Shown in pieces: positions 40,311-53,723 of a stretch of DNA of 64,000 bases (position 1 is the first letter of the stretch; each line of letters begins with the position of its first letter). A model generated the notes under the pieces. That model was not told the DNA's origin, ran no database searches, and saw only the letters and a list, made by a program, of their open reading frames with translations. Source of the DNA: an uncultured Thermoleophilia bacterium (GTDB lineage Bacteria > Actinomycetota > Thermoleophilia > UBA2241); NCBI GenBank assembly GCA_963702475.1, contig CAVPCT010000004.1:64001-128000 (forward strand), read 5' to 3'. Position numbers and translations under genes: made by a program.

Positions 40311-41726
40311 TCACGCGTCGGCCGCGGCGAGCTCCGCTGCCACGATGGCGTCCAGCTCGGCCACCTGCCCCGGTTCAAGCTCGAACGCGCGCGGCTCGCT
40401 GCGCAGACGCGCGACCATGGCGCGCACGCGGTCCAGCATGGACCGCGCGCCCTCGCTCGTCCAGCGGTCGAAGCCGGTGTCGTCGAACAGCTGGCTGCTC
40501 CAGAACTCCCGGTAGTGACGGCGCGTGTACTTGGTGCTCAGGTGGTTGCCGCCCGGCCCCGCCGCGCGGATCTCGTCCAGCGCCAGCGAGTACTCGTCCA
40601 CCGGCACCTCGCGCAGGAACGCCCTGGCGTACCCGGCCAACTCGTCGCCGAGCACGATGGACTCGTAGGAGCTCTGCATGCCGTCCTCGAGGTAGCCGAC
40701 GTCGTGCAACAGCGTGGCTCGCGACAGGGCGCCGAGCATGGTGGTCAGCGCCGACTCGGCGGCCCACTGCTCGTCGAGGATCTTGGACTCGGAGTTGCCC
40801 GCGTACGAGAAGCTCGGCAGGCGGTAGAAGCGCGCCAGGTCGCAGCAGGCCTGGAGCGCCAGGACGGCCTCGGGCAGCGTGTACGGGTCGCCGTTCATGG
40901 TGCGCATGTCCATGGCGCCGCCGCCGGCCCCGTAGACGAATGGCGCGCCGGGGCGTACGTGCTGGTGCAGCACGAGGCCGCTGAGCACCTCCGCGTTGGC
41001 GACGAGCACGGTCGCGGTGACCGACCGCGGCGCCGTGGTGCCCGCCTGCGGTGCCGGGGCGTAGATCAGCGGGATCTGCAGCTCGGCGCAGCCGACCACC
41101 TTGGAGAGCGCCTCGGCGTCGTGCTGCAGCGGCGGCGAGGGCATCGCGTAGACGACGATGCTCTCAGCCTCTCCGGCCACGGCGGCCATCTCGCGGATGC
41201 GCGCGAGCCGCCGTCCGTTGATCGGCGTGAGCAGGACCGGCTTGCGCGTGCCCTTGAGCAGCGCCGCCACGTGTGCCACGTCGTCGACCACGGGGTCGAC
41301 GTCCTCGGGCGACGCCATGGTCATTGCGAAGTCCATGTGCGGCAGCTTCTCGGCGAGCGCCGCCATGCCCTCGGTGTCCGCCAGCACCGCCCGGCGGCGC
41401 TCGTTCGTGTCGGGGTCGCACACGTACAGGCAGTCCGACCCCGTGCCGAAGTAGCTGGCGCCGTCCCGCAGCTGCAGCGGCGCCGTATCGCCCCCACGCG
41501 GCTTGACGACCCACTCACGCGGCGCCGCGGCCAGCGCCCTCTCGACCAGCTCTGGCGAGAATCGCACGCGGGTCCCCTGCACGTCCGCGCCAAGCTCGGC
41601 GAACAGGCGCAGCGAGGCCTCGTCCTGCAGCACCTCGACCCCCACCTCGGCCAGCAGCGTGAGCGTGGCTTCGTGGAGCCGCCTGCAGTCGGCCTCGTCC
41701 CAGAGCGTGAGCGTCGCGGTCGGCAT
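40311..41726 (-). CDS. MttB family methyltransferase 3, non-Pyl
   Basis: FGTGSDC, PSPPL, GTTAP, LLHDVGY; Pyl-equivalent region SYAG-N-SES. Confidence 0.92.
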   Translation of the reverse strand: MPTATLTLWDEADCRRLHEATLTLLAEVGVEVLQDEASLRLFAELGADVQGTRVRFSPELVERALAAAPREWVVKPRGGDTAPLQLRDGASYFGTGSDCLYVCDPDTNERRRAVLADTEGMAALAEKLPHMDFAMTMASPEDVDPVVDDVAHVAALLKGTRKPVLLTPINGRRLARIREMAAVAGEAESIVVYAMPSPPLQHDAEALSKVVGCAELQIPLIYAPAPQAGTTAPRSVTATVLVANAEVLSGLVLHQHVRPGAPFVYGAGGGAMDMRTMNGDPYTLPEAVLALQACCDLARFYRLPSFSYAGNSESKILDEQWAAESALTTMLGALSRATLLHDVGYLEDGMQSSYESIVLGDELAGYARAFLREVPVDEYSLALDEIRAAGPGGNHLSTKYTRRHYREFWSSQLFDDTGFDRWTSEGARSMLDRVRAMVARLRSEPRAFELEPGQVAELDAIVAAELAAADA

Positions 41727-41798
41727 GGGGGTCCTTTCGGTCGGCGGCGCCGAGCGGCGCGGGAGCGCCGCAGAGGCGCCGGCGGGGGAGGGGGCACC

Positions 41799-41842
41799 GG
41801 CCGGGGGGAGGGAGCCGTAGTACGCGCTCCCTCCCCCCGGCC
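41799..41842 (-). terminator. Hairpin after the substrate-binding protein gene
   Basis: GGCCGGGGGGAGGGAGC...GCTCCCTCCCCCCGGCC, a 17-bp stem. Confidence 0.65.
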
Positions 41843-41853
41843 CAGCGGTCATG

Positions 41854-43462
41854 TCACTCGGTGAAGTGCGCCGTCGTGAACAGCGTCTGCGACCAGTCGG
41901 GCAGCAGGGTGATGCCCTGCACCGTCTCAGGCTGGCCGGCCAGGCCTTCGGTGACCAGGAGGTTGATCATGGGCACCTCGTCCATGAGGATCTGCTGCGC
42001 CTGCTTGTAGAGCTCGGCGCGCTTGGCGGCATCTCCCTCGGTCGGGATCTGCGCGGTGAGCGCGTCGAACTCCGCGTTCTCCCAGCGCGAGTAGTTCCAA
42101 GGTGCCGTGCTGGTGAGGGCCAGCAGGAAATACGTGACCGGCGTGGCCCGCGAGCCCCAGTCCACGATGCTGAAGTCGGCCTCGTACCAGGTGTCGGTGC
42201 CCTTGTCGGCGTAGAAGACGTCCGGCGTCACCTGCTGGATCTCGACGTTGACGCCGATGTCCTTCATCTGCTGCTGCCATACCGTGGCCATGGCGGGCAC
42301 AAGTTCGATGGTCTGGGTGACGAGCCTGATGGGCTCGCCGTCATAGCTCGACTCGGCGAGCAGCTGCTTGGCCGTCTCCACATCGTACGGGACGGCCTCC
42401 TGCGAGGTGGTAGTCGGAATAGGCCGGGCCGACCAGGGTGCCGTTGCCGGGATCGGCCACGCCCGGCGCCGCGAGATCGACGAGGGCCTGGCGGTCGGTG
42501 CCGGCCCAGAGCGCCTGGCGGAACTTGAGGTCGGCGCCGGGCCCCTGGTCGCAGCGGATCTGCAGCTCGAAGCAGTAGTTGGTGGTCGAGCATGAGGATC
42601 TGGAAGCCGCCGTTGGCCTCGATGGTCTGCTTCTGCTCGGCCGTGAGGCCGCCGACCCAGTCGAGCTGCCCGCCGAGCAGGCCCTCGATCTGGGCCGACT
42701 TCTCCGGCGAGTAGATGAACTCGATCCCGTCCAGGTACGGCAGCTGGTTGCCCTGCTCGTCCTTGCCCCAGTACGTCGGGTTCTTGACCAGGGTCGTGCG
42801 GTCCTCGAGCGACTGCGACTCGAGCATGAACGGCCCGGTGCCGACGGCCTCCTTGTTCGGGTCCTTGACGTTCTTGTTGAGCATCAGGCAGCGGTAGTCC
42901 GTCAGGGAGCTGGAAACTCCGAGTCGGGCTTCTCGAGCGCGAAGGTGACGTGGGTGGGGTCGTCCGCCGTGACGTCCACCACGTTCGCGAAGATGTCGGC
43001 CATGGGCGAGCCCAGCTCCTTGCTGCGCAGCCGGCCCATGCTGTAGACAACGTCCTCCGAGGTGAAGGGATCGCCGTTGGAGAACGTCACGCCCTCCTGG
43101 AGGGTGAAGTTCCAGATCTTGTTGTCGGTGCTGCTCCACTCGGTGGCGAGACGCGGCACGACCTTGAAGCCGGGGTCGAGGTCCACGAGCTTCTCCATGA
43201 TCTGCTCCTGGACCATGATGTCGGCCACGTTGTCGGAGTGAAGCACGGGGTCGAGCCCGCCGTTGCCGGGTTGCTGCCCAATACGCAGCACGCCGCCCAT
43301 CTTGACGGCCGTGCTCGCCGGGCTGGACGACTCCGAACCCGTCGTCGTCTCGGCCTCGCCGCACCCCACGGAGAGGACGGCGGCGGCGAGCAGCAGCGTC
43401 AGCGCCGCCGCCACGGCGATCAGCCCGCCGCGGGATCTTGACCTAACACGATGCACACCCAT
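41854..43462 (-). CDS. Peptide ABC substrate-binding lipoprotein (family 5), apparent frameshifts near 42911, 42590 and 42405
   Basis: Lipobox SVGC; GVTFSNG, GTGPF, NPTYW, NYSRW; close paralogue of 54934-56538. Confidence 0.9.
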
Positions 43463-43648
43463 ACCCGTTCCCCCTTTGCCGACGTTGAACGTGTCTGGCG
43501 GACCGCGGTCCGCCGGACCGCTGCACCCGGGATGCCCCGGCCTGGGCGCGCGTTCCTGTGGGCGCAGGGAAGGCCGTCTGGCGACTCCTCCCTGATCTCG
43601 TCAGTGTGGGCTCGGTCGTGTCGGTTGTCCACGACCGTCAACGGAGCG

Positions 43649-43664
43649 GTCCCACATATGGGAC
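43649..43664. promoter_or_regulatory. Palindromic operator upstream of the substrate-binding protein gene
   Basis: (G)GTCCCA-CATA-TGGGAC(C), 7 bp from a minus-strand TTGACG. Confidence 0.6.
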
Positions 43665-43704
43665 CGTGATTCCGGCGCCGCCCCCGCGGGCACGCGGCGC
43701 CGCT

Positions 43705-44649
43705 TCAGTTGTACCTGATCCGCGGGTTGAGGACGGCGTACAGGACGTCGGCCACCAGGTTGGCGACCACGTAGATGATCACGATGAGCAGCGCCGTGGC
43801 CTGCACCAGCTGCAGGTCGCGGCGCTGGATGGCGAACAGCAGCAGACGGCCGATGCCCGGATAGCCGAACACGGCCTCCGTGACGATGAGGCCGCCGATG
43901 AGCCAGCCGATGCCGATGGCCACCACGGTGATGGTGGGCAGCAGCGAGTTGCGCAGCACGTGCGTGAAGAGCACCTTGCGAGGGGGCAGGCCCTTGAGGT
44001 TGGCGGTGCGCACGTAGTCCATCTGCAGGACGTCGACGGTGCTGGAGCGCGTCATGCGGACGACGTAGGCGAGGCTCGTGAGGGCCACGGTGATGGCCGG
44101 CAGGATGAGGTACGGCAAGGCCTCGGTGAACGACGTGTCGGGAGCGATGTTCGACTGCGACGGGAACCAGCCCGAGCTCGATGGAGAACACGGTGATGAG
44201 GATCAGACCGCTGACGAACTCGGGCAGGCCGATGAACGCCAGCGACCCGACCGAGATGGTCTGGTCGACCCAGGTGTTCTTGCGTAAGGCGGCGAGCAGG
44301 CCCAGCAGGATGCCGATGGGCACGTAGAAGACGAAGGCCACCGCGGCCAGGTACAGCGAGTTCTGCAGGCGCTGGAAGATGACGGGGCGCACCTCGGTGT
44401 TCATGCTGGGCGACTCGCCCCAGTCGCCGCGCACGTAGTTGCCGAGCCAAGACGTGTACTGGACGGCGATGGGCCGGTCCAGGCCGAGCTCGTGGCGCAG
44501 CTCGGTCTTGGCCGTCTCGGTCGCGAAGCGCCCGAGGATCTGCGAGGCCACGTCGCCGGGCAGCACCGCCGTGGCCCAGAAGATGATGATCGAGGCCAGC
44601 AGCACGGTGAGGACCATGAAGCCCAGGCGCCTGAGGATGAAGGTGCCCA

Positions 44650-44650
<1 letters not shown>
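43705..44650 (-). CDS. DppB-like permease, apparent frameshift near 44160
   Basis: LPGDVA, GDWGES, YVRTANLKGL, HVLRNS, YPGIG. Confidence 0.9.
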
Positions 44651-46821
<2,171 letters not shown>

Positions 46822-46824
46822 GCC

Positions 46825-47766
46825 TCAGTTTCTCCCGCCGCCGGGCAGCATGACCTGCCGCAGGCCGTCGCTCATCAGGTTGGTCGCGATCACGAGCAGC
46901 GCGATGGTGCAGGCCGGGAAGAGCAGCACCCACGGGGCCAGGCTGAAGAAGTTGCGCGCCTCGTTGATCTGCAGGCCCCAGTCGGGCGAGGGCGGCTGCA
47001 CGCCGAGCCCCAGGAAGCCCAGCGAGGCGACCAGGAAGATCGAGTAGCTGAAGCGCATGGAGGCCTCCACCAGCAGCGGCGGCAGCGAGTTGGGCAGGAT
47101 CTCGCGGAACAGCACGTAGGAGCGCGTCTCGCCGCGCACGCGAGCCGCCTCCACGAACTCCTTGTTCTTGAGGTCGAGGACCATGCTGCGCACCACGCGG
47201 GCCACCATCGGGATGTACAGGATGGCGACCACGAACACGATGTTGAGGTTGGACGGCCCCACCGTGCTGAGCAGCACCAGCGCCAGCAGCAGCGACGGGA
47301 ACGACAGCAGCACGTCGAGTAATCGCATCACCACCTCGTCGGTGGTGCCGCCCACGTAGCCGGAGGCGAGGCCGATGGCGGTGCCGATGATGACCGCGAC
47401 GATGGTGCCGAGGCCGCCGAGCAGGAAGATGTTGCGCGTGCCGACGATGATGCGGCTGAAGATGTCGCGCCCGAACTGGTCGTTGCCGAAGGGGTGAGTG
47501 AGAGTCGGGGTACCGAGCCGGAGCTTGGCGTCCTGTTCCTGGTAGTCGTACGGGGCGACCCACGGCCCGAACACGGCCAGGAACAGGAAGAAGCAGAAGA
47601 CGATGGTGCCGACCAGCGCCGCGGGACGCTTCAGCAGGCGGCGCCAGTAGAGCCGCCACTGGTGGGGCCGCTCCTTGCCGCTGCCCGGGCCAAGCAGTTC
47701 CTTGGCCATCGTCTCGTCCATGATGGCCGTGTCGAAGGACTCATCCGTCAGATTGGGCTCGACCAC
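46825..47766 (-). CDS. DppC-like permease
   Basis: HPFGNDQFGRD, EFVEAARVRGE, LGFLGLG, PDWG. Confidence 0.93.
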   Translation of the reverse strand: MVEPNLTDESFDTAIMDETMAKELLGPGSGKERPHQWRLYWRRLLKRPAALVGTIVFCFFLFLAVFGPWVAPYDYQEQDAKLRLGTPTLTHPFGNDQFGRDIFSRIIVGTRNIFLLGGLGTIVAVIIGTAIGLASGYVGGTTDEVVMRLLDVLLSFPSLLLALVLLSTVGPSNLNIVFVVAILYIPMVARVVRSMVLDLKNKEFVEAARVRGETRSYVLFREILPNSLPPLLVEASMRFSYSIFLVASLGFLGLGVQPPSPDWGLQINEARNFFSLAPWVLLFPACTIALLVIATNLMSDGLRQVMLPGGGRN

Positions 47767-48067
47767 GTGCCCGTCCTCGGTTGCTCGCCAGACTGCAGTG
47801 GGCGCAGTATGCCAGCGGCGTGTCACGTATTCCAGCGCAGACGCCGCGCAACCGGCTGTTCCACTGGTTTCCTCTGTCGCCCCGCGTGGTTTGGAGCACG
47901 CCCGGCGCAGCCTTCAGGCCCGCGGGCTTGAGCAAGCGCCAGCAGGATCGAGGTTCGCCCAGCATTCTGCGCGGCCCCGCGGGTGCCTGCAAGACCTCCC
48001 GGGTCCGCTTCCCACATGGTGGACGGCGAGCGGTCGGGCGGGGGAGGCACCCGCCCCCCCACTCAGC

Positions 48068-50077
48068 TCACCGGATCGCCGACGTCCCCGGGGGCGGCAG
48101 CAGGCCGCGAGCCTCGAGGTCCTTCGCAACGTCCTCGAGACCTGACTCCAGGAGCTCCGCCCGCGTCGGGAGGCCGGTCTTCGGGTCGCAGCCGCGCCTC
48201 GTGTACCACTCCTCGAGGATGCGGTCGTACTCCGCGAGCGTGAACTGGACCTGGTCCTCCGTGTACAGCGGATGTGGCACGCCGTGCTTCTTCTGCCACC
48301 AGAGGAAGAAGGGGTAGTCGTCCGTGCGACTCGCGCCCTCGCGGGCGTTGTAGCAGCGCTCCAGGGTGATCGTGCGGCGAGCCGCGGCCGTCAGGTCGGC
48401 TTCCGTGAAGTCCTCACCGGTCGCGGCCGAGAGAAAGTCGCTCCACTGCGGCAGGTCGATGCCCTCCACCGGCTGGTTGTAGCGAGTGGCGAACTTGCAC
48501 GTCCCGGCCATGTCGGCCATCACCATCATGTGCTCGAAGTCGCATTCGGCCTGCACGATCTGCGGGTGATACGACCAGCCGTTGTCACGGAAGATGGACG
48601 GGTCACCGTAGCGTTCCTGCCCGATGTCCGCCAGCAACTCCCTGGTGATGCCCCACTCCTCCCGCAGATCGGGCGTCAGGATGCTCATGCCGCCCATGAG
48701 ATGATCGTAGCCGCGCGTGTTGACGTTGAGCGCGAGAGTGTAGATGAGCGTGATCCCTATCCCGTGACCGGGCATCCAGGCGAACTGGCCCTTGGTGTGG
48801 GCCGCGTAGGCCGCGGAGCCCCGCCCCAGCCTTCTGGCCGCCTCCTCGGGGAAGTCGGCCAGGATGTCGCCGAACCCCTCACGGAGCGCGATCCTGCGCG
48901 TGAGCTCGAGGATCGCCTCCTCATTGCCCTCGGTGATCTCGATGCCGTCGGTGTCGGCGGCGGTGATGATGCCCTGCTTCCACAGCTCCATGGCCCAGAT
49001 GATGGCCGTGCCCACAGAGCTGATGTTCAGGCCCAGCCGGTTGCAGAGGTTGTTGTACACGGCCAGGAAGGGAGCGCTCGGGGTCTTGAACGACATGCCC
49101 AGGATCTGGACGAAACCCTCGACCCCCTCGCCCTTCGCGCCCCTGTACTTCCCGTCTCTCACGTGAAGGAAGTGGTCGCAGTGGATCGGACACCCGTAGC
49201 AGGATCGACTCTTCTCGATGAGTGGGACGAACGCTTGTTCTTCGATCTCCTCGAAGCGCGTCCCCAGCATCTGGTCGGAGATCGTGGACCTGCTGTCAGA
49301 GCCCCCCACCCAGCCGAGAGTTCCCCACTGCCGCGTGCTTGCGTACATCGGATCGTCCTCGTACCGCGTCCACTGGGAGCGGCACAGCTGGAGGAACTCC
49401 TCCGGCTGATCGAGGGCGATGCCCCGGGAGCCGCGCACGGCCACGCCCTTCAGCCGCTTCGACCCCCACACGGCGCCCAGCCCGCCGAGCGCCGCCGCGT
49501 GGGCGACGCCGTCCATGACGCAGGCGGCCATGCTCAGGTTCTCACCTGCCGGGCCGATCGTGAGCGTGGCGATGGGGTCCAGGAACCGCCGGCCTGCGGG
49601 ACGACCCCTGTGGGCGTCGCAGAGCCGCCGTCGCGTCTCCCATACGTCCTCGCCCCACGACTCGCGGGCGTCCAGCAGCGCCACCTCGTTGTCGTCAATC
49701 CACAGGTACGTGGGGCTCTCCGCTTCGCCGCGCAGCACGATGGCGTCGTACCCTGCGTACTTCATCGTGGAGGCGAACGCGCCGCCCACGTCGGCACGAC
49801 CGTAGAGGCCGGTCAGCGGTGACTTGCTGACGATCTCGCAGCGACTGGATGACGGGGCCGGCGTGCCGGTGAGGGGGCCGGCGGCGATGATGACGACGTT
49901 GTCGGCTCCCAGGGGCCGCGTCTCCGGTCCGGTGAGGTCGTAGAGAAGACGGATCGCGAAGCCACGGGCGCCCACGTAGGTGCGCGCCCACTCGTCGTCC
50001 AGGGCGCGCACTTCGTGACGACCCGTGCTCAGGTCGACCCACAACAGGCGACCGCTCCAGCCTCCGTTGGCACTCAT
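48068..50077 (-). CDS. Aldehyde:ferredoxin oxidoreductase (AOR/WOR family)
   Basis: KSPLTG, GGLGAVWGSKRLK, CYGCPIHC, REGFG, GTCKF. Confidence 0.93.
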   Translation of the reverse strand: MSANGGWSGRLLWVDLSTGRHEVRALDDEWARTYVGARGFAIRLLYDLTGPETRPLGADNVVIIAAGPLTGTPAPSSSRCEIVSKSPLTGLYGRADVGGAFASTMKYAGYDAIVLRGEAESPTYLWIDDNEVALLDARESWGEDVWETRRRLCDAHRGRPAGRRFLDPIATLTIGPAGENLSMAACVMDGVAHAAALGGLGAVWGSKRLKGVAVRGSRGIALDQPEEFLQLCRSQWTRYEDDPMYASTRQWGTLGWVGGSDSRSTISDQMLGTRFEEIEEQAFVPLIEKSRSCYGCPIHCDHFLHVRDGKYRGAKGEGVEGFVQILGMSFKTPSAPFLAVYNNLCNRLGLNISSVGTAIIWAMELWKQGIITAADTDGIEITEGNEEAILELTRRIALREGFGDILADFPEEAARRLGRGSAAYAAHTKGQFAWMPGHGIGITLIYTLALNVNTRGYDHLMGGMSILTPDLREEWGITRELLADIGQERYGDPSIFRDNGWSYHPQIVQAECDFEHMMVMADMAGTCKFATRYNQPVEGIDLPQWSDFLSAATGEDFTEADLTAAARRTITLERCYNAREGASRTDDYPFFLWWQKKHGVPHPLYTEDQVQFTLAEYDRILEEWYTRRGCDPKTGLPTRAELLESGLEDVAKDLEARGLLPPPGTSAIR

Positions 50078-50126
50078 CGTCTCGGCTCCTCTCCGGTGCC
50101 GCTCGCACCGCGGCCGGCCCGGCGAC

Positions 50127-50612
50127 TCATGAGCCGGCCAGTCTGATCAGCGCGGTGCGAGCCGCGCACATTCCTTTCAGGCGCACCGGCTCAACGTCCC
50201 CACTCACCTGCTCATAGCTCAGCGCTCCGGTCGGGCAACTGGACACGCAAGCGGGCGAGCCTCCGCAGTGGTCGCAGAGCCGGACCTGCCGCTCGACCGG
50301 ATCCCAAACGGGACCTGCGTAGGAGCAGACCTCGGCGCACGCGCGGCAGTTGGTGCAGACGTCTTCGTCAATCGTGACGACGCCGGAGTCGGGGTCCTGC
50401 CCGATCGCCCCCGGCGGGCAGCAGGGCAGGCAGACCGGCTCCACACAATCCAGGCAGAGCACCGGCACGGTCACGCCGCTGCGTTCATTGTCGATGATCC
50501 GGATCCTGGCCCGGGCCGGATTACAGGTGCCGGTCTTGACCAACGCGCAGATCTGGGCGCAGATCATGCACCCGGTGCAGAGCTCGTGCCTGACGAGAAT
50601 CCGCCGCGCCAT
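50127..50612 (-). CDS. 4Fe-4S dicluster protein (AOR partner)
   Basis: CTGCMICAQIC, CLDC..PVCLPCCP, CTNCRACAEVC, CDHC..PACVSSCP. Confidence 0.93.
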   Translation of the reverse strand: MARRILVRHELCTGCMICAQICALVKTGTCNPARARIRIIDNERSGVTVPVLCLDCVEPVCLPCCPPGAIGQDPDSGVVTIDEDVCTNCRACAEVCSYAGPVWDPVERQVRLCDHCGGSPACVSSCPTGALSYEQVSGDVEPVRLKGMCAARTALIRLAGS

Positions 50613-50680
50613 CGCGCATCTCCTCTCTTCTTCTCCATCGCCGGCCGCAGCCGCCTGGGCGCGGCTCTCGAGCTCGGTCC

Positions 50681-52210
50681 TCAGGGGTCGCCCGACGCCG
50701 CCTCGAAGCTCACCGAGGCAAGAACGGTCTCCACGTCGCAGGCCGCGGGGCGATGTTCGCCGAGGCATGCTCTCTGAAGCTGTCGAAGGATCGTCGCGTC
50801 CATCTCGGGAGCCCGATAGCGGGCGATGGCGTCCTGCGCGCTCCGCAGCGAGGCCCTGGCGAGATCCTGCGACCCGTGGGCCTCCCACCGGTCATACGAG
50901 AGCCTGTTGAAGCAGGAGCCGTGCGCCCAGTCGCGCGAGTGCCGACGAGTGTGTGGCTGGGTGAGGAAGGAGCCTTGGGATCCGACCCTCTTGAGAGCGT
51001 CGAGCGCGATCGTCTCACCACTCACGTCGATCGTGGTCATCGCCGCCCTGAGCATGCCGATGATCTCGTCATCAACCATGAACTTGGCGAACGACATCGC
51101 GTTGAGCGAGCTGAGCGCGCCCGTGCCATGAAGGACGAGCGAAGCTCCGGAAGCCAGAGACGCGGCCAAGCTGAGGCCGCCTTCGACACCGGCCTGCATG
51201 TCGGCCACATGCGCATCGGTGAGACTCCCGCCGGCCCGGGACGGAAGGCCGAGGAAGCTCGCCAGCTCGACCGCTCCGGCGGTCAGCTGCCAAAACTGCG
51301 GCACCCCCATCATCACCTGGCCGCTCTGCATGGACGAGACCGACGACGCCGCCCCGTAGACAAAGGGGGAGCCAGGCCTCGCGGCCTGACCCAAGGTCAG
51401 GCCGGCCAGGACTTCAGCGTGCTGAAGCGTGAGGATGCCCGCCAGCGTGACGGGCCCCGTGACGCCGCCCATCACCGACGGCGTCACGCACACGGCCTGG
51501 CCACGACGCGCCAGCTCGACGACGGAACGGCATGCGGCGCTGTCCAAGAGGAGCGGAGACGTCGGATTCACCACCGCCAGCACGCGGACCTCGTCCGCCC
51601 AATCGGCCCCGAAGAGGATCTCCGCGGTCTGGAGGGTCGTCAGCAGCCGATCAGGCGACGCGACCGAGTGGATGGTGGGCTTGTCACTCACGGCGAGGGT
51701 CGCGTAGAGGCCGAAGCCGTAGCGGAGCGCGGCAGGAAGGTCCTGCGGCACCGGGCCGCAGGCCAGCAGGTCGATGTTGGCGGACACGTGCGCGAGCGCC
51801 GCGATGGCCACGCAGTCCGCGGAGGAGCCTGGTCTCCTGCCGTCGCGATCGCAAACGAACGGCGCGCCGGCGCAGGTGGCGATGTGGCTGGTGTCGTCGC
51901 CGAAGGCCAGTTCACGACGACCGCGGGTACCGGCGACCGCGAATCGTGACGGCGCTGTCTCCAGGGCCCCCTCTATCATCTGCTGCGTCAGCCGGGCACG
52001 GCGCCCGTCACGCGAAGCTCCGGACCTCTCCAGGATCTCCAGAGCCTCGGTGGATTCCAGCGCGACCCCGGTCGTCGTCAGCAGTTCCAGCGCCGCATGA
52101 TGGATCAGCTGGAGATCCTGGGACGACAGGATGTGCGCTCCAGACCGCCAAGCGGTCGTCGACTGCAGTGGGGCGGCAGGCGGCGGGAGTCTCGAGGCGC
52201 TATCGGACAT
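50681..52210 (-). CDS. MttB family methyltransferase 4, non-Pyl (MtgB-like Leu)
   Basis: NPTSPL, MGGVTGPVTLAG, HAEVLAG; Pyl-equivalent region RAGGS-L-TDA. Start codon uncertain. Confidence 0.88.
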   Translation of the reverse strand: MSDSASRLPPPAAPLQSTTAWRSGAHILSSQDLQLIHHAALELLTTTGVALESTEALEILERSGASRDGRRARLTQQMIEGALETAPSRFAVAGTRGRRELAFGDDTSHIATCAGAPFVCDRDGRRPGSSADCVAIAALAHVSANIDLLACGPVPQDLPAALRYGFGLYATLAVSDKPTIHSVASPDRLLTTLQTAEILFGADWADEVRVLAVVNPTSPLLLDSAACRSVVELARRGQAVCVTPSVMGGVTGPVTLAGILTLQHAEVLAGLTLGQAARPGSPFVYGAASSVSSMQSGQVMMGVPQFWQLTAGAVELASFLGLPSRAGGSLTDAHVADMQAGVEGGLSLAASLASGASLVLHGTGALSSLNAMSFAKFMVDDEIIGMLRAAMTTIDVSGETIALDALKRVGSQGSFLTQPHTRRHSRDWAHGSCFNRLSYDRWEAHGSQDLARASLRSAQDAIARYRAPEMDATILRQLQRACLGEHRPAACDVETVLASVSFEAASGDP

Positions 52211-52356
52211 CGCCAGGCACGGCCACTGTGCCGCGTCGACAGAGGGAGACCGAGGGCCCACCAACGAGCTCATCTTGCAGCTGCATCCGCATCCGCGCCG
52301 CCCCTTGCTCGCGCACGGCGGACCACGAGTCGAGCAGCCAGCCGACGAGTCATGCC

Positions 52357-52403
52357 TATCACAATGTGAAAAAAACCTATCATATTGTGGCACTTACAGT
52401 CAA
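52357..52403 (-). promoter_or_regulatory. Promoter with two tandem IclR-type 15-bp operators
   Basis: TATCACAATGTGAAA (52357-52371) and TATCATATTGTGGCA (52378-52392); minus strand TTGACT-N18-TAGGTT with TGn. Confidence 0.65.
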
Positions 52404-52471
52404 TGACGTCGAATCGGATCCGTCCCATAGAACCGCGCTGCACCCGTGTGACTGCGCGCGGCCACCTGCGC

Positions 52472-53272
52472 CTATCGGTCGTGGGGCCTCCGAGGCGGCC
52501 TTCCCGGCTGCAGGCGCAAGTGCTCGCCAAGCCGCTCGCTCAAGCCGCTTGCAGCTGCGAGCACCTCGCGGATCAGGAAGGGCAAGACCGGTTCTGATGC
52601 TCGTTCCGAGGGCGCAGCGATGCTCAAAGCGGCAACGACTCGGCCGCTGCCGTCGAACACAGGGACTCCCACGCCCGTGGCATCCCGATCCACCTCGCCG
52701 CTGGCCACCATGTAGCCTTGTCGCCGAACGCTCTCGATGAGCTCCTCGAGGTGCTCCCGGGTCACCGGCCGCCCATCCGCATATCGCTGGCCGCCGGCCG
52801 ATTCGATCGCACGAGTGATGGAATCCTGGTCCAAGTGCGCGAGGACGGCGACGGCAGACCCGCCGTAGAGTGGAGCGACCGACCACCTGGGCCACGACAC
52901 GCGCATCGGCCGTGGGCTCTCGACAGTCTCGACGCACACCACAGAGGAACCGTGTGGCACGGTGAGAATGGCGGTCTCCCCCGTGCTCTCCGTCAGTTGC
53001 TGCATGAACGGAAGCGCCACCCCAGCGATGTCGCCGCCGATCTGGCCCTGCGCGGACCGCGCCAGGGCGAAGACGGCGGGGCCCATGCCCACTCGACCCC
53101 GCCCGAGTCGGGTAAGCAGGCCGCGACGCTCCAGTGTCTGCACAAGCCGGTACACTGTGCTCTCGGGCACTTGCACCCGCGCGGCGATCTCGGAGGTGGA
53201 GAGCGGAGCGGGGGATGCCGCGACAGCCGCGAGGACGGAGAGTCCGCGGTCGAGGGCCTGAGTTCCCGCCAT
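52472..53272 (-). CDS. IclR family transcriptional regulator
   Basis: QALDRGLSVL, ESTVYRLV, GETAIL, GVGVPVF, AALSI. Confidence 0.93.
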   Translation of the reverse strand: MAGTQALDRGLSVLAAVAASPAPLSTSEIAARVQVPESTVYRLVQTLERRGLLTRLGRGRVGMGPAVFALARSAQGQIGGDIAGVALPFMQQLTESTGETAILTVPHGSSVVCVETVESPRPMRVSWPRWSVAPLYGGSAVAVLAHLDQDSITRAIESAGGQRYADGRPVTREHLEELIESVRRQGYMVASGEVDRDATGVGVPVFDGSGRVVAALSIAAPSERASEPVLPFLIREVLAAASGLSERLGEHLRLQPGRPPRRPHDR

Positions 53273-53723
53273 GATCCCCCCGGGGTCGGTGATGAGGACG
53301 CGATGAAGGCTGCGAGCCGCACGCTCTTCTCATGATGTGGGACCTGCGGCCGCACGGCAAGCATGCCCGAGCTGCGGAGCCCGTTCGAGCAACGTGCCAC
53401 GAACGCTTGCGCGCGCGCTGTCTGGTAGCAGGCGGCCGGCGACGCGCTACCAATTCCGGCGCATGCGCCGCGCAGTCCTCGACGGCGGGCCTTGTCGCCC
53501 TCATGCGATTCCCCTAGCGTTGAGCTATGCCAACGCTCGCCAGCATCAGCGCCGCACCGATCAGCGTGCCGATCGTGGCGCCGCACCGCTTCTCCTTCGG
53601 GCTATTGGAGGATCCGGGCCGGTTGCTCTCCAAGACCGCGCGGCCCCGCGAGCAAGGAGCAGCAGCCTCGTTCTCCCCGTCCAGACCGCTCGCGTCCGGC
53701 GTGGCACAGAGAGGAAGTGGACG

